Positions 9,637 to 17,476 of a stretch of 64,000 nucleotides of DNA are shown here, in pieces. The translations under genes and the position numbers were made by a program. This DNA comes from a virus (lineage: Duplodnaviria; Caudoviricetes), in the IMG/VR virus record IMGVR_UViG_2791354774_000003; one strand, given 5' to 3'. Numbering within the stretch: the first letter of the stretch is position 1; each line of letters begins with the position of its first letter. Under the pieces are notes generated by a model. The model saw nothing but the letters and a program-made list of their open reading frames with translations. It made no database searches and was not told where the DNA came from.

Positions 9637-9737
9637 GTTGTGACCGATATCGGTTTCCGAGTCAAAACCGCCTCCAATGCGATATCGCTTGTTGACCCGT
9701 ATCCGATGTCGGATTAGGTTTCAATCAGATATCGGAT
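9637..9737. promoter_or_regulatory. Divergent promoters with repeated CGATATCG-type operators
   Basis: CCGATATCGG 9644, GCGATATCGC 9679, CCGATGTCGG 9703, CAGATATCGG 9726; TTGACC at 9692 (+); TTGACT at 9665-9660 (-). Confidence 0.7.
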
Positions 9738-9749
9738 TGGAGCCTGTTC

Positions 9750-10565
9750 ATGGATCAATCATACGTCGATGCCGCCGCAGCGGTCGAAGGCGTCGCCCAG
9801 GAGCTTGAGGGCATCGGTCGTTCAGGCTCTGCGAAGATGCTTCGCAATGCCTTCGACGCGCTGCTCGGCGTGGATGAGGCGGCGGACTTGCCACCGGCAG
9901 ATGACGCCACCCGTCGCACCGTAGTTCAGGCTTGGGATCGGTATCGACAGGGCGTGGGCGCAACCGAGGTCGCGGATTTGAAGCGTGAGAACGCGGACCT
10001 CATAGCGCGCAACTTCGCTTGCGGGCAGCAGCTTGAGGAGATGAGCGACGCGCTGATGATCGCCGAGCGGGATGTGAGTGAGGCCGCCCGCGATGTGCTG
10101 GCCGAGAGGCGACGACAGATTGAGGTAGAAGGCTGGACGCCGGAGCATGATGACGCCCACAACGGCGGGCAACTTGCGGCGGCGGCGGCGGCCTATGCGA
10201 CCGCCGGTCGGCAGCTTGATGCGCTCGGCGGTCCCGGCCCCTTATGGCCCTGGGAGCTTCAGTGGTGGAAGCCGCGATCTTACCGCGACAACCTCGTGAA
10301 GGCCGGAGCCCTGATCCTCGCTGAGATTGAGCGGCTGGACCGGAGGCGCCTGCAAGTTTCGGCTGGGCGAGAGAATAGCGAGACCTATGAAAAGGCCCGC
10401 GCCATTGCCGAGGCTGCCGCCAATCGGTGGGATAAGTTCAGCGATACCGCTGGGGTGCGCTGGCTGACTGACGCGATCATGGAGTTTGGCGCTCTACCTC
10501 GCGACGATGGCCGGTGCATGTGCGCCGCCTGCCGAGATGCACGAGAGCGAACTAAACCCGCATGA
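9750..10565 (+). CDS. Phage protein with AERRRQ..EGW..EHDD domain (copy 1)
   Basis: DVLAERRRQIEVEGWTPEHDD...WPW...NLVKAGALILAEIERLDR. Confidence 0.75.
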   Translation: MDQSYVDAAAAVEGVAQELEGIGRSGSAKMLRNAFDALLGVDEAADLPPADDATRRTVVQAWDRYRQGVGATEVADLKRENADLIARNFACGQQLEEMSDALMIAERDVSEAARDVLAERRRQIEVEGWTPEHDDAHNGGQLAAAAAAYATAGRQLDALGGPGPLWPWELQWWKPRSYRDNLVKAGALILAEIERLDRRRLQVSAGRENSETYEKARAIAEAAANRWDKFSDTAGVRWLTDAIMEFGALPRDDGRCMCAACRDARERTKPA

Positions 10566-10714
10566 AGGCGGCTCTGCGCTGTGTGGGGCTACGCGCCGCC
10601 TTCATGCTCTCGATGGGCCGATCAACCCGATTTTCCCGTGTGGTGTCCGGCCCGATGGATCACTCATCAGCCCGATGTTCCCGATACCCTGGATATCTAC
10701 TAAGGAGGCTTCGC

Positions 10715-10939
10715 GTGAAAGACTACAACGATAACGATGTCCGGTTCATCCGGGGCATGATCCCGCACCACGAGATGGCAATTCGAATGGCGAACACGGA
10801 GATCGTCTACGGGTCGAACCCCTGGGCGAAGCAGTTGGCGCTTCGCATCAGGGCTGCTCAACAGAACGAGATCGACCAGATGCGGGCATGGCTTAGCCAA
10901 CGGGGCCTGTCGGAGTCCGGAGGCGGGCATTCGATGTAG
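10715..10939 (+). CDS. DUF305 (CopM-like ferritin fold) half-domain protein
   Basis: DVRFIRGMIPHHEMAIRMA...LALRIRAAQQNEIDQMRAWL; RBS AGGAGG. Confidence 0.8.
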   Translation: MKDYNDNDVRFIRGMIPHHEMAIRMANTEIVYGSNPWAKQLALRIRAAQQNEIDQMRAWLSQRGLSESGGGHSM

Positions 10940-10965
10940 TCGTCTTTCCGGAAGACGGTGAGGTT

Positions 10966-11445
10966 ATGCACTTGTGGGAGCCCTCAATGGACGCCAAAGG
11001 CATCTACGACTGCCCATATTGCGGAGTTGATCGTGAGCCATGCCACGGCGAGGCCCAAATCCGAGAGCGGACACAGGCTGGCGACGCGCAATGCGCCAGT
11101 GCACTGACTCACATCGTCTCGTCGCGTGCTCGGCGTGACATTTTGGCAGAGCGAATGCGCCAAGTGTCTGCCGAAGGCTATTCTTTCGAGCACGACGACA
11201 ATCATGCTCGCGGTGAGTTGGCCGCCGCCGCTGCGTGTTACGCTCTGCCCGTGGCAGTCTACACTGGCTGTTTAGCGCCATTTCCCCCGAGGGGAACTCT
11301 TGGGCTTAAGCTGGCCAATCACGTCTGGCCGTGGGCTCCAGGCAGCTTTAGGCGGAAGAGCCGCAGAGAAGATTTGATCCGCGCAGCAGCGTTGCTTATC
11401 GCTGAAGTGGAGCGGCTGGATCGTTTAGAGGTGCGCGGCAAATGA
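10966..11445 (+). CDS. Phage protein with AERxRQ..EG..EHDD domain (copy 2)
   Basis: DILAERMRQVSAEGYSFEHDD...WPW...DLIRAAALLIAEVERLDR. Confidence 0.75.
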   Translation: MHLWEPSMDAKGIYDCPYCGVDREPCHGEAQIRERTQAGDAQCASALTHIVSSRARRDILAERMRQVSAEGYSFEHDDNHARGELAAAAACYALPVAVYTGCLAPFPPRGTLGLKLANHVWPWAPGSFRRKSRREDLIRAAALLIAEVERLDRLEVRGK

Positions 11446-11735
11446 AAGACACCACGAGAGGTTATGCTGCTGTTCTCGCGGTCGTCCGCTCGGCCTGGGC
11501 GCTCGTGGACAATACGGCTTATCACGATTGGCTTCCACTCACCGTCAGCCGCGATGATTGGAATGACTTGGTGGCCGATCTCAACACACTGAAAGCGCTC
11601 ATCCCGCCTGATGAGCTGCCGGCCGAGCCGCCTCACGCTGTTACCTGCCTGTGGCCTGGGCGTTCATCAACCCGGAATGGCGAAGCGGAGTTCGAGCCCG
11701 CCTCCTTGCCATCAACCAAAGCTTCTCAGGTGTGA
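11442..11735 (+). CDS. Hypothetical protein
   Basis: ATGA coupling; runs into the IS subterminal repeats. Confidence 0.55.
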   Translation: MKDTTRGYAAVLAVVRSAWALVDNTAYHDWLPLTVSRDDWNDLVADLNTLKALIPPDELPAEPPHAVTCLWPGRSSTRNGEAEFEPASLPSTKASQV

Positions 11736-11774
11736 AACGGACTGCATGGCCCGTGCCATCAACCAAAGCTTCTC
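11707..11774 (+). repeat. 21-bp direct repeat TGCCATCAACCAAAGCTTCTC (IS subterminal sites)
   Basis: Copies at 11707 and 11754; partial ATCAACC at 11666. Confidence 0.85.
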
Positions 11775-11829
11775 GATATGCCGAAAAAGCCCGCCAAGCG
11801 GGTGCCGAGCGGGCTGAGAGGAGGCGGGG

Positions 11830-12054
11830 ATGGCTGTCGCTGAGTTCAAAAGTTGGTTTGATGCCGGCATCTTAATCCGTGGCAGAATGGTCAACGAGAT
11901 CAAGGGCGCAGCTTGGAAGTATGGGCTTGAGTTCGAGCACGAGCGCGCCGGCAGCGTTGTCCGTTTCAAGGTGTGGGGCGACCCGACTGCGGTCTCAAGC
12001 TTCCAGAAAGCCTATGCGCGTTGGGGCCGCGATCTCATGGAAGCGAACGCCTAG
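11830..12054 (+). CDS. Hypothetical protein
   Basis: RBS AGGAGG. Confidence 0.65.
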   Translation: MAVAEFKSWFDAGILIRGRMVNEIKGAAWKYGLEFEHERAGSVVRFKVWGDPTAVSSFQKAYARWGRDLMEANA

Positions 12055-12064
12055 ACACGACGAA

Positions 12065-12088
12065 CCCCGCTCGGGCGGACCCGGCGGG
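12065..12088. terminator. Hairpin between convergent accessory and lysis operons
   Basis: CCCCGC-TCGGG-CGGA-CCCG-GCGGGG; no clear U-tract. Confidence 0.35.
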
Positions 12089-12149
12089 GCTGAGATTGAG
12101 CGAGTTTAGGATGGTTTAGCGGGGAGCGGCTATAACTCGGCTAGGACCC

Positions 12150-12740
12150 TCAGGCCGGTGGGTTCGGCGGCCCTGTCGGAACCGCACCGGTTCGGAATAG
12201 GTCTCGGGTCCAAGGCGGTATCCGGTCAATGACCGGCTGCACATCCGGCTTATAGACGAGCGTCGCGAAGACGAGCACCGCCGCGATGCCAAACCCGACG
12301 AGAACGGAGTACGTGTTGCCCCGAGGCACGACGCCATTGGCGGCCCCCTTCGGGACGATGTGCAGAACCGCTGCAATCACCGTCAGCAACTTAATTGGGA
12401 CGAACAACTCACTGTTTGCGAAGGCCGGATTGAAATTCGACAGTCGCAGGATCGTCCTAAGCCAAGCCTGCCCGTCCTGAGACAGCCAGGATAGAGCGAT
12501 GCCGACGATCAGATAGTCGGTATTGGTGCGCGAGCCGGTCCATAGCGCTAAGATCCCGGCTCGGATGTAGAAGCTGAGCACCACCGTTGCCATCACGCCG
12601 ATCAGGATATCGACGGCGATGTTCATGTCGTTGTTCGGCAGAACCGCATTTAACGCGATGTAGCCGCAGCCGAGCAGAAACGCGGTCCAGGCGATGACGC
12701 TTCGAATGTTCTCTGGCCTCGGGTCGTGATAAATCAGCAC
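12150..12740 (-). CDS. Multi-pass membrane protein in the lysis region
   Basis: About 5 hydrophobic helices. Confidence 0.7.
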   Translation of the reverse strand: MLIYHDPRPENIRSVIAWTAFLLGCGYIALNAVLPNNDMNIAVDILIGVMATVVLSFYIRAGILALWTGSRTNTDYLIVGIALSWLSQDGQAWLRTILRLSNFNPAFANSELFVPIKLLTVIAAVLHIVPKGAANGVVPRGNTYSVLVGFGIAAVLVFATLVYKPDVQPVIDRIPPWTRDLFRTGAVPTGPPNPPA

Positions 12741-13039
12741 GGCGGGCCGTCCTTCTGCCTCTCAGGCGAAGCCTCAAAGCTCCGCAGCATGTCATCCACG
12801 AGGGCGCGAACCTCGCTCGTTTGAAGCGCCTGCTTCCGCAATTGGTGTGAGGCGGCGCGTGCCTGTCTTCGCTGGATCACCGCCTCACGGCGCTGCCGCT
12901 GCGCCGAAGCTGCGGCGGCGTCTCCCGCTCGCTGCACGGCCTTCTGTGCCGCCACATTGCCGGCAATCGCAGCGTCAAGCTTCGCCAAGCTCTCAGCCGG
13001 CGGCCCCCATCCAAGCCATGTCATGAAGCGTCTCCACAT
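12734..13039 (-). CDS. Small coiled-coil protein in the lysis region
   Basis: TGATG coupling. Confidence 0.6.
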   Translation of the reverse strand: MWRRFMTWLGWGPPAESLAKLDAAIAGNVAAQKAVQRAGDAAAASAQRQRREAVIQRRQARAASHQLRKQALQTSEVRALVDDMLRSFEASPERQKDGPPC

Positions 13040-13413
13040 CAGGAGCGCCCCCGTTCGGCGCGTTCTCTTCGATCATCGCGTATCCGCTGAAGCTCGCTCG
13101 TCACCCCCTGCATTGCTTGGGAGGTATTGCCGAAGCCGTGCTGGACCTTCTCGATGAGAATGCCGATCTGGTGAGTATGGTCCCCGATTGTCTTGCCGCT
13201 CGCGTCGATTAGAGCGCGGAGTTCGTTGAGAGCGCTCTGCACGCCACCAGCCGCCTGCGTGGCCGCCGTTAGGCCCGTGATAAGCCGCTCGATGTGCCCG
13301 CCGCTGAGCGCCTTGTTGTCTGCGTACTGCTTCGCGATCACGCCCATGAGGATGGCAGACAAGCCCCACCCCCCATATTCGCGAAGCAGCCCTGCCACAT
13401 CAAGGCTCGTCAC
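13039..13413 (-). CDS. TM plus coiled-coil protein (holin/antiholin-like)
   Basis: N-terminal TM GGWGLSAILMGVI; RBS GGAGG. Confidence 0.55.
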   Translation of the reverse strand: MTSLDVAGLLREYGGWGLSAILMGVIAKQYADNKALSGGHIERLITGLTAATQAAGGVQSALNELRALIDASGKTIGDHTHQIGILIEKVQHGFGNTSQAMQGVTSELQRIRDDRRERAERGRS

Positions 13414-13578
13414 GATCTCGCGCCTCCCGCTCTCGTGTGGCGGATCGGCACTTGCGAGTCGGGCCATAAGCGGGGGATCAAGCTCTCAGCCATTGCGCCC
13501 TCTGTTGGCGTTGATGGTCAGGGATCGGTCGCTCGGGTTCCAAGCTCGCGACCGGTCCCGCCTGCTTCGGGGGAAGGG

Positions 13579-14016
13579 TTAGCGGCGAGCGACCGCCGCC
13601 GCCGCAATCGAGCCGAGGGCCTTGATGCCCTGCACGGCCGGCGCGACGAGGAAGAAGCTCAGAAGGATCTCTTTCTGATAAGCGTCATACGGAGGCGGCG
13701 GCTTCGGCACGCCCCAGGCGCCGACGATGTGCGCCCCCCAAGGGGTCCAGAACGGCAGGCTATCAAGGTAGACGCCTGCGGCCTGGAGGGCTGGTGGTAG
13801 CGCTATGAGGTAGATCAGGAAGCGAAACTGCGGCTGGGCTGCGGCGCGGAGGCGGTTGGTCTCAGCGGCAGCCTGAAGCTGCGCGACGACCTGTTCTTTC
13901 TCCGAGCCGATGCCGGCGATCGTGATGTCTCGACCGCTGGCGTCCCGCTGCTTCATGTAGTCGAGGATCGGCCCCGCGAAGAGCTTGAGGACGAAACCGC
14001 CGAGAGCGCCCCACAT
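13579..14016 (-). CDS. Holin-like 3TM membrane protein
   Basis: TM segments; downstream of the endolysin. Confidence 0.55.
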   Translation of the reverse strand: MWGALGGFVLKLFAGPILDYMKQRDASGRDITIAGIGSEKEQVVAQLQAAAETNRLRAAAQPQFRFLIYLIALPPALQAAGVYLDSLPFWTPWGAHIVGAWGVPKPPPPYDAYQKEILLSFFLVAPAVQGIKALGSIAAAAVARR

Positions 14017-14321
14017 CACGGCCCCTCGTGCGAGGGGTGCACCGTCGTCTGCACCGTCTCGGAGGGCGAGAACCACTGCCGCAGGATGATCGTCAGGACG
14101 TTGATGCCGACCATCCACCACAGCGCGGCTTCGGCAGAGACGATGCCGTTGAGGTTGATCGTCTGGAGGTAGCCGAGCACGGCAAGAGCGGTCGTCGCGA
14201 TGGCATTGACGGCGTTCAACAGCACGATCTTGAACGGCCGGCGCTTGACGATGGTCGTCGTGACGGTCGCAGCCGCGGCGGGCGTGGCAACAGTGATAGG
14301 CGGCAATTGCTCCTGCGGCAT
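14016..14321 (-). CDS. 2-TM membrane protein (holin-like)
   Basis: Two TM helices; coupled to the next gene. Confidence 0.55.
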   Translation of the reverse strand: MPQEQLPPITVATPAAAATVTTTIVKRRPFKIVLLNAVNAIATTALAVLGYLQTINLNGIVSAEAALWWMVGINVLTIILRQWFSPSETVQTTVHPSHEGP

Positions 14322-14322
14322 G

Positions 14323-14523
14323 TCAGTGACTCCATGCCTTAAGAATGATGCCGCCGATCACGGCGAGAGCGATGCCGCCCACCACGAGCGCAATCAGGCC
14401 GAGGCCGATCCAGCCGAAGATGGCGCCCAGCGCGCCCCAAGTGACGGGCTCTGCGGCCTCTGCGGCGAGAGCGGGGAAGCAGGCACAGGCGAGCGCCAGC
14501 GCCGCGAGAAGCAAACGGGTCAT
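14323..14523 (-). CDS. Small membrane protein
   Basis: Signal peptide plus TM helix. Confidence 0.55.
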   Translation of the reverse strand: MTRLLLAALALACACFPALAAEAAEPVTWGALGAIFGWIGLGLIALVVGGIALAVIGGIILKAWSH

Positions 14524-14639
14524 GTCGTTGTCTCGTTCTGGAGGTGCGCGGCAACCGGCCGGCGGCGGGGCTTGTCTTCAACGAAAGCCGATTTGTGAGA
14601 GGCAAGCCCGCTTGTGTTCAGCGGGTGAGGGGCAAAGGC

Positions 14640-14825
14640 TCAGCGAAACGATACCCACGCCATCCAGAGTAGGAACGCCAAGCCGAGGCAGGCGGCCCCG
14701 AGGATGGCAAAGATCGCGGACCCGAGCCGTTCGTCTGCACTGGTGGGGCGAGCGTTGTCGCTCCATGCCATCCAAAACAGAGCACAGCCGATGACGAGAA
14801 GGACGAGAGCAGCCCAGCCCATTAC
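14640..14825 (-). CDS. Small 2-TM protein
   Basis: Two hydrophobic segments right after the endolysin; start uncertain. Confidence 0.4.
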   Translation of the reverse strand, partial: VMGWAALVLLVIGCALFWMAWSDNARPTSADERLGSAIFAILGAACLGLAFLLWMAWVSFR

Positions 14826-15433
14826 GAAGCCCACCGGAACAGCGAGGACAGCCAGCCGCCGAGGGCGCCGGTCTTCACGGTCGCCTCAGCAACAGGCGGG
14901 GTGGGCTTCGGCAGAACAGCGGGCGCCGGGGCAGGTACGGGCGCCATGAAGTTCGGCGTCTTCACGGGCGAACGGTCTCCGCGCCGAGCTTTCGGCAGAG
15001 CTACGGCGTAGGGCGTGCGGAACTGGTCGTACTCGCCCTGCCGCCGCGAGATGATTGCTGCCGGCTTGTTCCACATCAGGATCGCTTCGGCGGCGCCCTT
15101 GACGTCTCCGGCCTTCAACCGCTTGGCCACGGTGGAGCGCGTGAACGCCGGCTGGCCGATGTTGAAGCAGAGCGACACGAGTGCGTCGAACTGGTGCTGT
15201 TCGAGCTTCACGCCGAGATCCGACACCGGCTTGGCATATGCCTTCACGGCCTCGGTGAAGAGCGCGTCGCTGGTGGCCGCCGTGATCGTCAGCCCCGGCG
15301 TCACCTTGATCAGCCCGGAAGCCGTCGTAATCCCGACGCCGATCGTGAGGATACCCACGCTGTCTTTGTAGGCGGTCAGCACCTCGCCTTCGCGCGACTT
15401 CAGAGCCGCGCGCCCGATGGGCGACAGGTCCAT
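14822..15433 (-). CDS. Endolysin, GH24 phage lysozyme
   Basis: REGEVLTAYKDSVGILTIGVG (E-D-T triad); QFDALVSLCFNIG. Confidence 0.93.
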   Translation of the reverse strand: MDLSPIGRAALKSREGEVLTAYKDSVGILTIGVGITTASGLIKVTPGLTITAATSDALFTEAVKAYAKPVSDLGVKLEQHQFDALVSLCFNIGQPAFTRSTVAKRLKAGDVKGAAEAILMWNKPAAIISRRQGEYDQFRTPYAVALPKARRGDRSPVKTPNFMAPVPAPAPAVLPKPTPPVAEATVKTGALGGWLSSLFRWAS

Positions 15434-15541
15434 TCGTGTTCTCCGGATTGTCAGGAAGGGCGGGCGTTGAGCGGCCCGAGATCGATTCGTCAGCGGCGCG
15501 TTGATGCCGACCGCGATGAGGGCTAGGCAACCAATGAGCAG

Positions 15542-16294
15542 TCAGGCTGGCGCCGTAGCCTTGTACGGGTGCGCGGCCGGCAAGCGCCCTTGGATGCCGT
15601 GCTCCCAAGCCACCCGGCCCTGAACCTTCGCCCGGGTCGCCGCGTCAGGGATGTTGCCTTGGACGACGCCGATTTCGTGGATAGAGCCAACGAAGTTCTC
15701 GCCGCTCTGGCGCCCGCCGATAAACGAGGTCACTCCCGCAGCATAAGCGTCGTTGACGGTGCCCGACGCAGACTGGACGGCATCGACCCAGATCTGGGTC
15801 GGCAGCGTTGTCGATCGCTGCCTGATCCACTCGACAAGCTGCTTCTGCCCCGCGACGATCCGGCCGCTCGCGGTGCCGATCTGCTGCGATTGCCCCTGAC
15901 GGTTCATCACGATACCGCCGGACGTGTTCACCGCGATCTGGCGACCGCTGTTGCCCGAGCCGTCGGTCGAGCCGATGATCGACTTGTTGCTGCCCGTCAG
16001 GACCGGGATCGTGATGACGGCCCAGCCGTATTCGATCTCAGGATCGGCCGGCAACGTGGAAGGGATCTTCTGCGTGCTGGTCGTCGTGATGCCGCCGTCT
16101 GTCGTGTTCGCGGTCGGACGGCTTCCGGCCGTGGCCTGGACGCTATCCCGGTTGATCGGGCTGATGTCGTCCCACGTTCCGGTCCCGGCCGTGTCGCCCT
16201 GCCGCCGAGCCTCCAGCGACCCGGCCGGGAACGGCGTCGCCACCCCCGTGATGCACAGGACGTTGCGATCGGCGAGGTACTGGACGACGATCAC
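15542..16294 (-). CDS. Tail-associated protein with concanavalin A/LamG-like domain
   Basis: IGGRQSGENFVGSIHEIGV...HPYKATAP. Confidence 0.55.
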   Translation of the reverse strand: MIVVQYLADRNVLCITGVATPFPAGSLEARRQGDTAGTGTWDDISPINRDSVQATAGSRPTANTTDGGITTTSTQKIPSTLPADPEIEYGWAVITIPVLTGSNKSIIGSTDGSGNSGRQIAVNTSGGIVMNRQGQSQQIGTASGRIVAGQKQLVEWIRQRSTTLPTQIWVDAVQSASGTVNDAYAAGVTSFIGGRQSGENFVGSIHEIGVVQGNIPDAATRAKVQGRVAWEHGIQGRLPAAHPYKATAPA

Positions 16295-16920
16295 GGCGCA
16301 GCCACCAAGGGAGTCACGAACAAGGTCTCTTGCGAGAGCCGGACCGGGACCGACGCGCGCAGCATGATTTTGGCGCCGTTCGCGAGGAAACCTGACCGCG
16401 GGGTCACTTGGAACAGTTCATCAATGCGGTGGGGCGTGCCGGCCGCTTCCGTCAGCGGCACGGTGCGCTCGGAGGTCGCGCCCTCAAGGCCCGAGATATT
16501 GCCGGCGATGTAGATCCCGATCTTGAGCCAGCCGCCGAAGAGCTGCGGCACGGCCGTCACTCGGAGCGAAAGCTGGTAGGAGTCGCCCGACTTGCGAGCA
16601 CGCAGCACGCCGTCGTCATCCAGAAAGGCGAAGTCGGCGAAGGGGCCGCGCAGGTTGCCGAGCACATCCCTCGGCGCGGTCACGATAAAGGGAGCATCCG
16701 TGTTGGCGGGCAGATCCGTGACGGTCGCCCCCATCATCTCGCCGTAGCGGACCGTGCCGTAGTCGCCCGAGTCGCCCTGCGGCCCTCGCTCGCCTTGGAT
16801 GCCCCGTGCGCCCTGCTGGCCGGGGACGGTCACGGAAGCCACGGCAGGCCGCCCAAGGGCCGCTACGGCCACCTGAGGGCGCCCCTGTACGGCGATGGCA
16901 TAGACGGGCAACTTGCTCAC
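16291..16920 (-). CDS. Tail-associated protein with short collagen-like repeat
   Basis: GQQGARGIQGERGPQGDSG; GTGA coupling. Confidence 0.65.
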   Translation of the reverse strand: MSKLPVYAIAVQGRPQVAVAALGRPAVASVTVPGQQGARGIQGERGPQGDSGDYGTVRYGEMMGATVTDLPANTDAPFIVTAPRDVLGNLRGPFADFAFLDDDGVLRARKSGDSYQLSLRVTAVPQLFGGWLKIGIYIAGNISGLEGATSERTVPLTEAAGTPHRIDELFQVTPRSGFLANGAKIMLRASVPVRLSQETLFVTPLVAAP

Positions 16921-17315
16921 GCAGCACCCGTGCTCGGCAGAACCCGGATCTGAATGCGGCCGATGCCCTTGGGCTCGCCCTGCGCTGTAGCTCGGCGGAA
17001 GAGATCTCCGACGACCGTGGATGGAAGCAGGAGCGCGCCGGGACGTACAGCCGACAGTCGCCAAGTCCGCCCCTGGCTCGGCACGCTCACCCGCACCTTG
17101 CCGGCGGCGGGCTCTACGATGGTCAGCGAGCCATTCGCGGCAGCCGTGTTGCAGACGCCAACCGACACGTTGTCCGACAGTGACACGAACCTCACGAAGA
17201 GTTCCGAGCCGGTCAGGTTCATTGGAGCGGAGCCGTCCAACTCGTTGACCGTCAGATCGAACTCCCACGGCTCGGCGTCGTAAAACGCGTCGGGGGCGGA
17301 GACGATGATCGCCAT
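16917..17315 (-). CDS. Baseplate upper/adaptor-like (BppU-type) protein
   Basis: WEFDLTV...MNLTGSEL...PAAGKVRV. Confidence 0.55.
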   Translation of the reverse strand: MAIIVSAPDAFYDAEPWEFDLTVNELDGSAPMNLTGSELFVRFVSLSDNVSVGVCNTAAANGSLTIVEPAAGKVRVSVPSQGRTWRLSAVRPGALLLPSTVVGDLFRRATAQGEPKGIGRIQIRVLPSTGAA

Positions 17316-17423
17316 CTACAGGTCACCCCAACCGTAGGTCATGCAGCGCTCCCACCAAAGGCGCCATCCAGCTTCCCAGACGGCAAGGCAGAGACCGAAG
17401 TAGGCGGCTTCTTCGCGGCGCAT
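17316..17423 (-). CDS. 35-aa Trp-rich mini-protein
   Basis: MPREEAAYFGLCLAVWEAGWRLWWERCMTYGWGDL; RBS GGAGAGG; stop abuts the next ATG. Confidence 0.45.
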   Translation of the reverse strand: MRREEAAYFGLCLAVWEAGWRLWWERCMTYGWGDL

Positions 17424-17476
17424 GGCCCTCTCCAGTATGGAGGCAAGGTGTCGGGCGAGCAGGACCAGCGCCCAAT

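Larger units (their letters stand above)
8023..11782 (-). mobile_element. ISL3-family cargo-carrying transposon (about 3.76 kb)
   Basis: Inverted ends AGCTATCGAGAAGGATTGGTTGAT (8023, +) and GGCATATCGAGAAGCTTTGGTTGAT (11782, -); flanks GAAATTGC / GAAAAAGC (6/8 candidate TSD). Confidence 0.75.
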
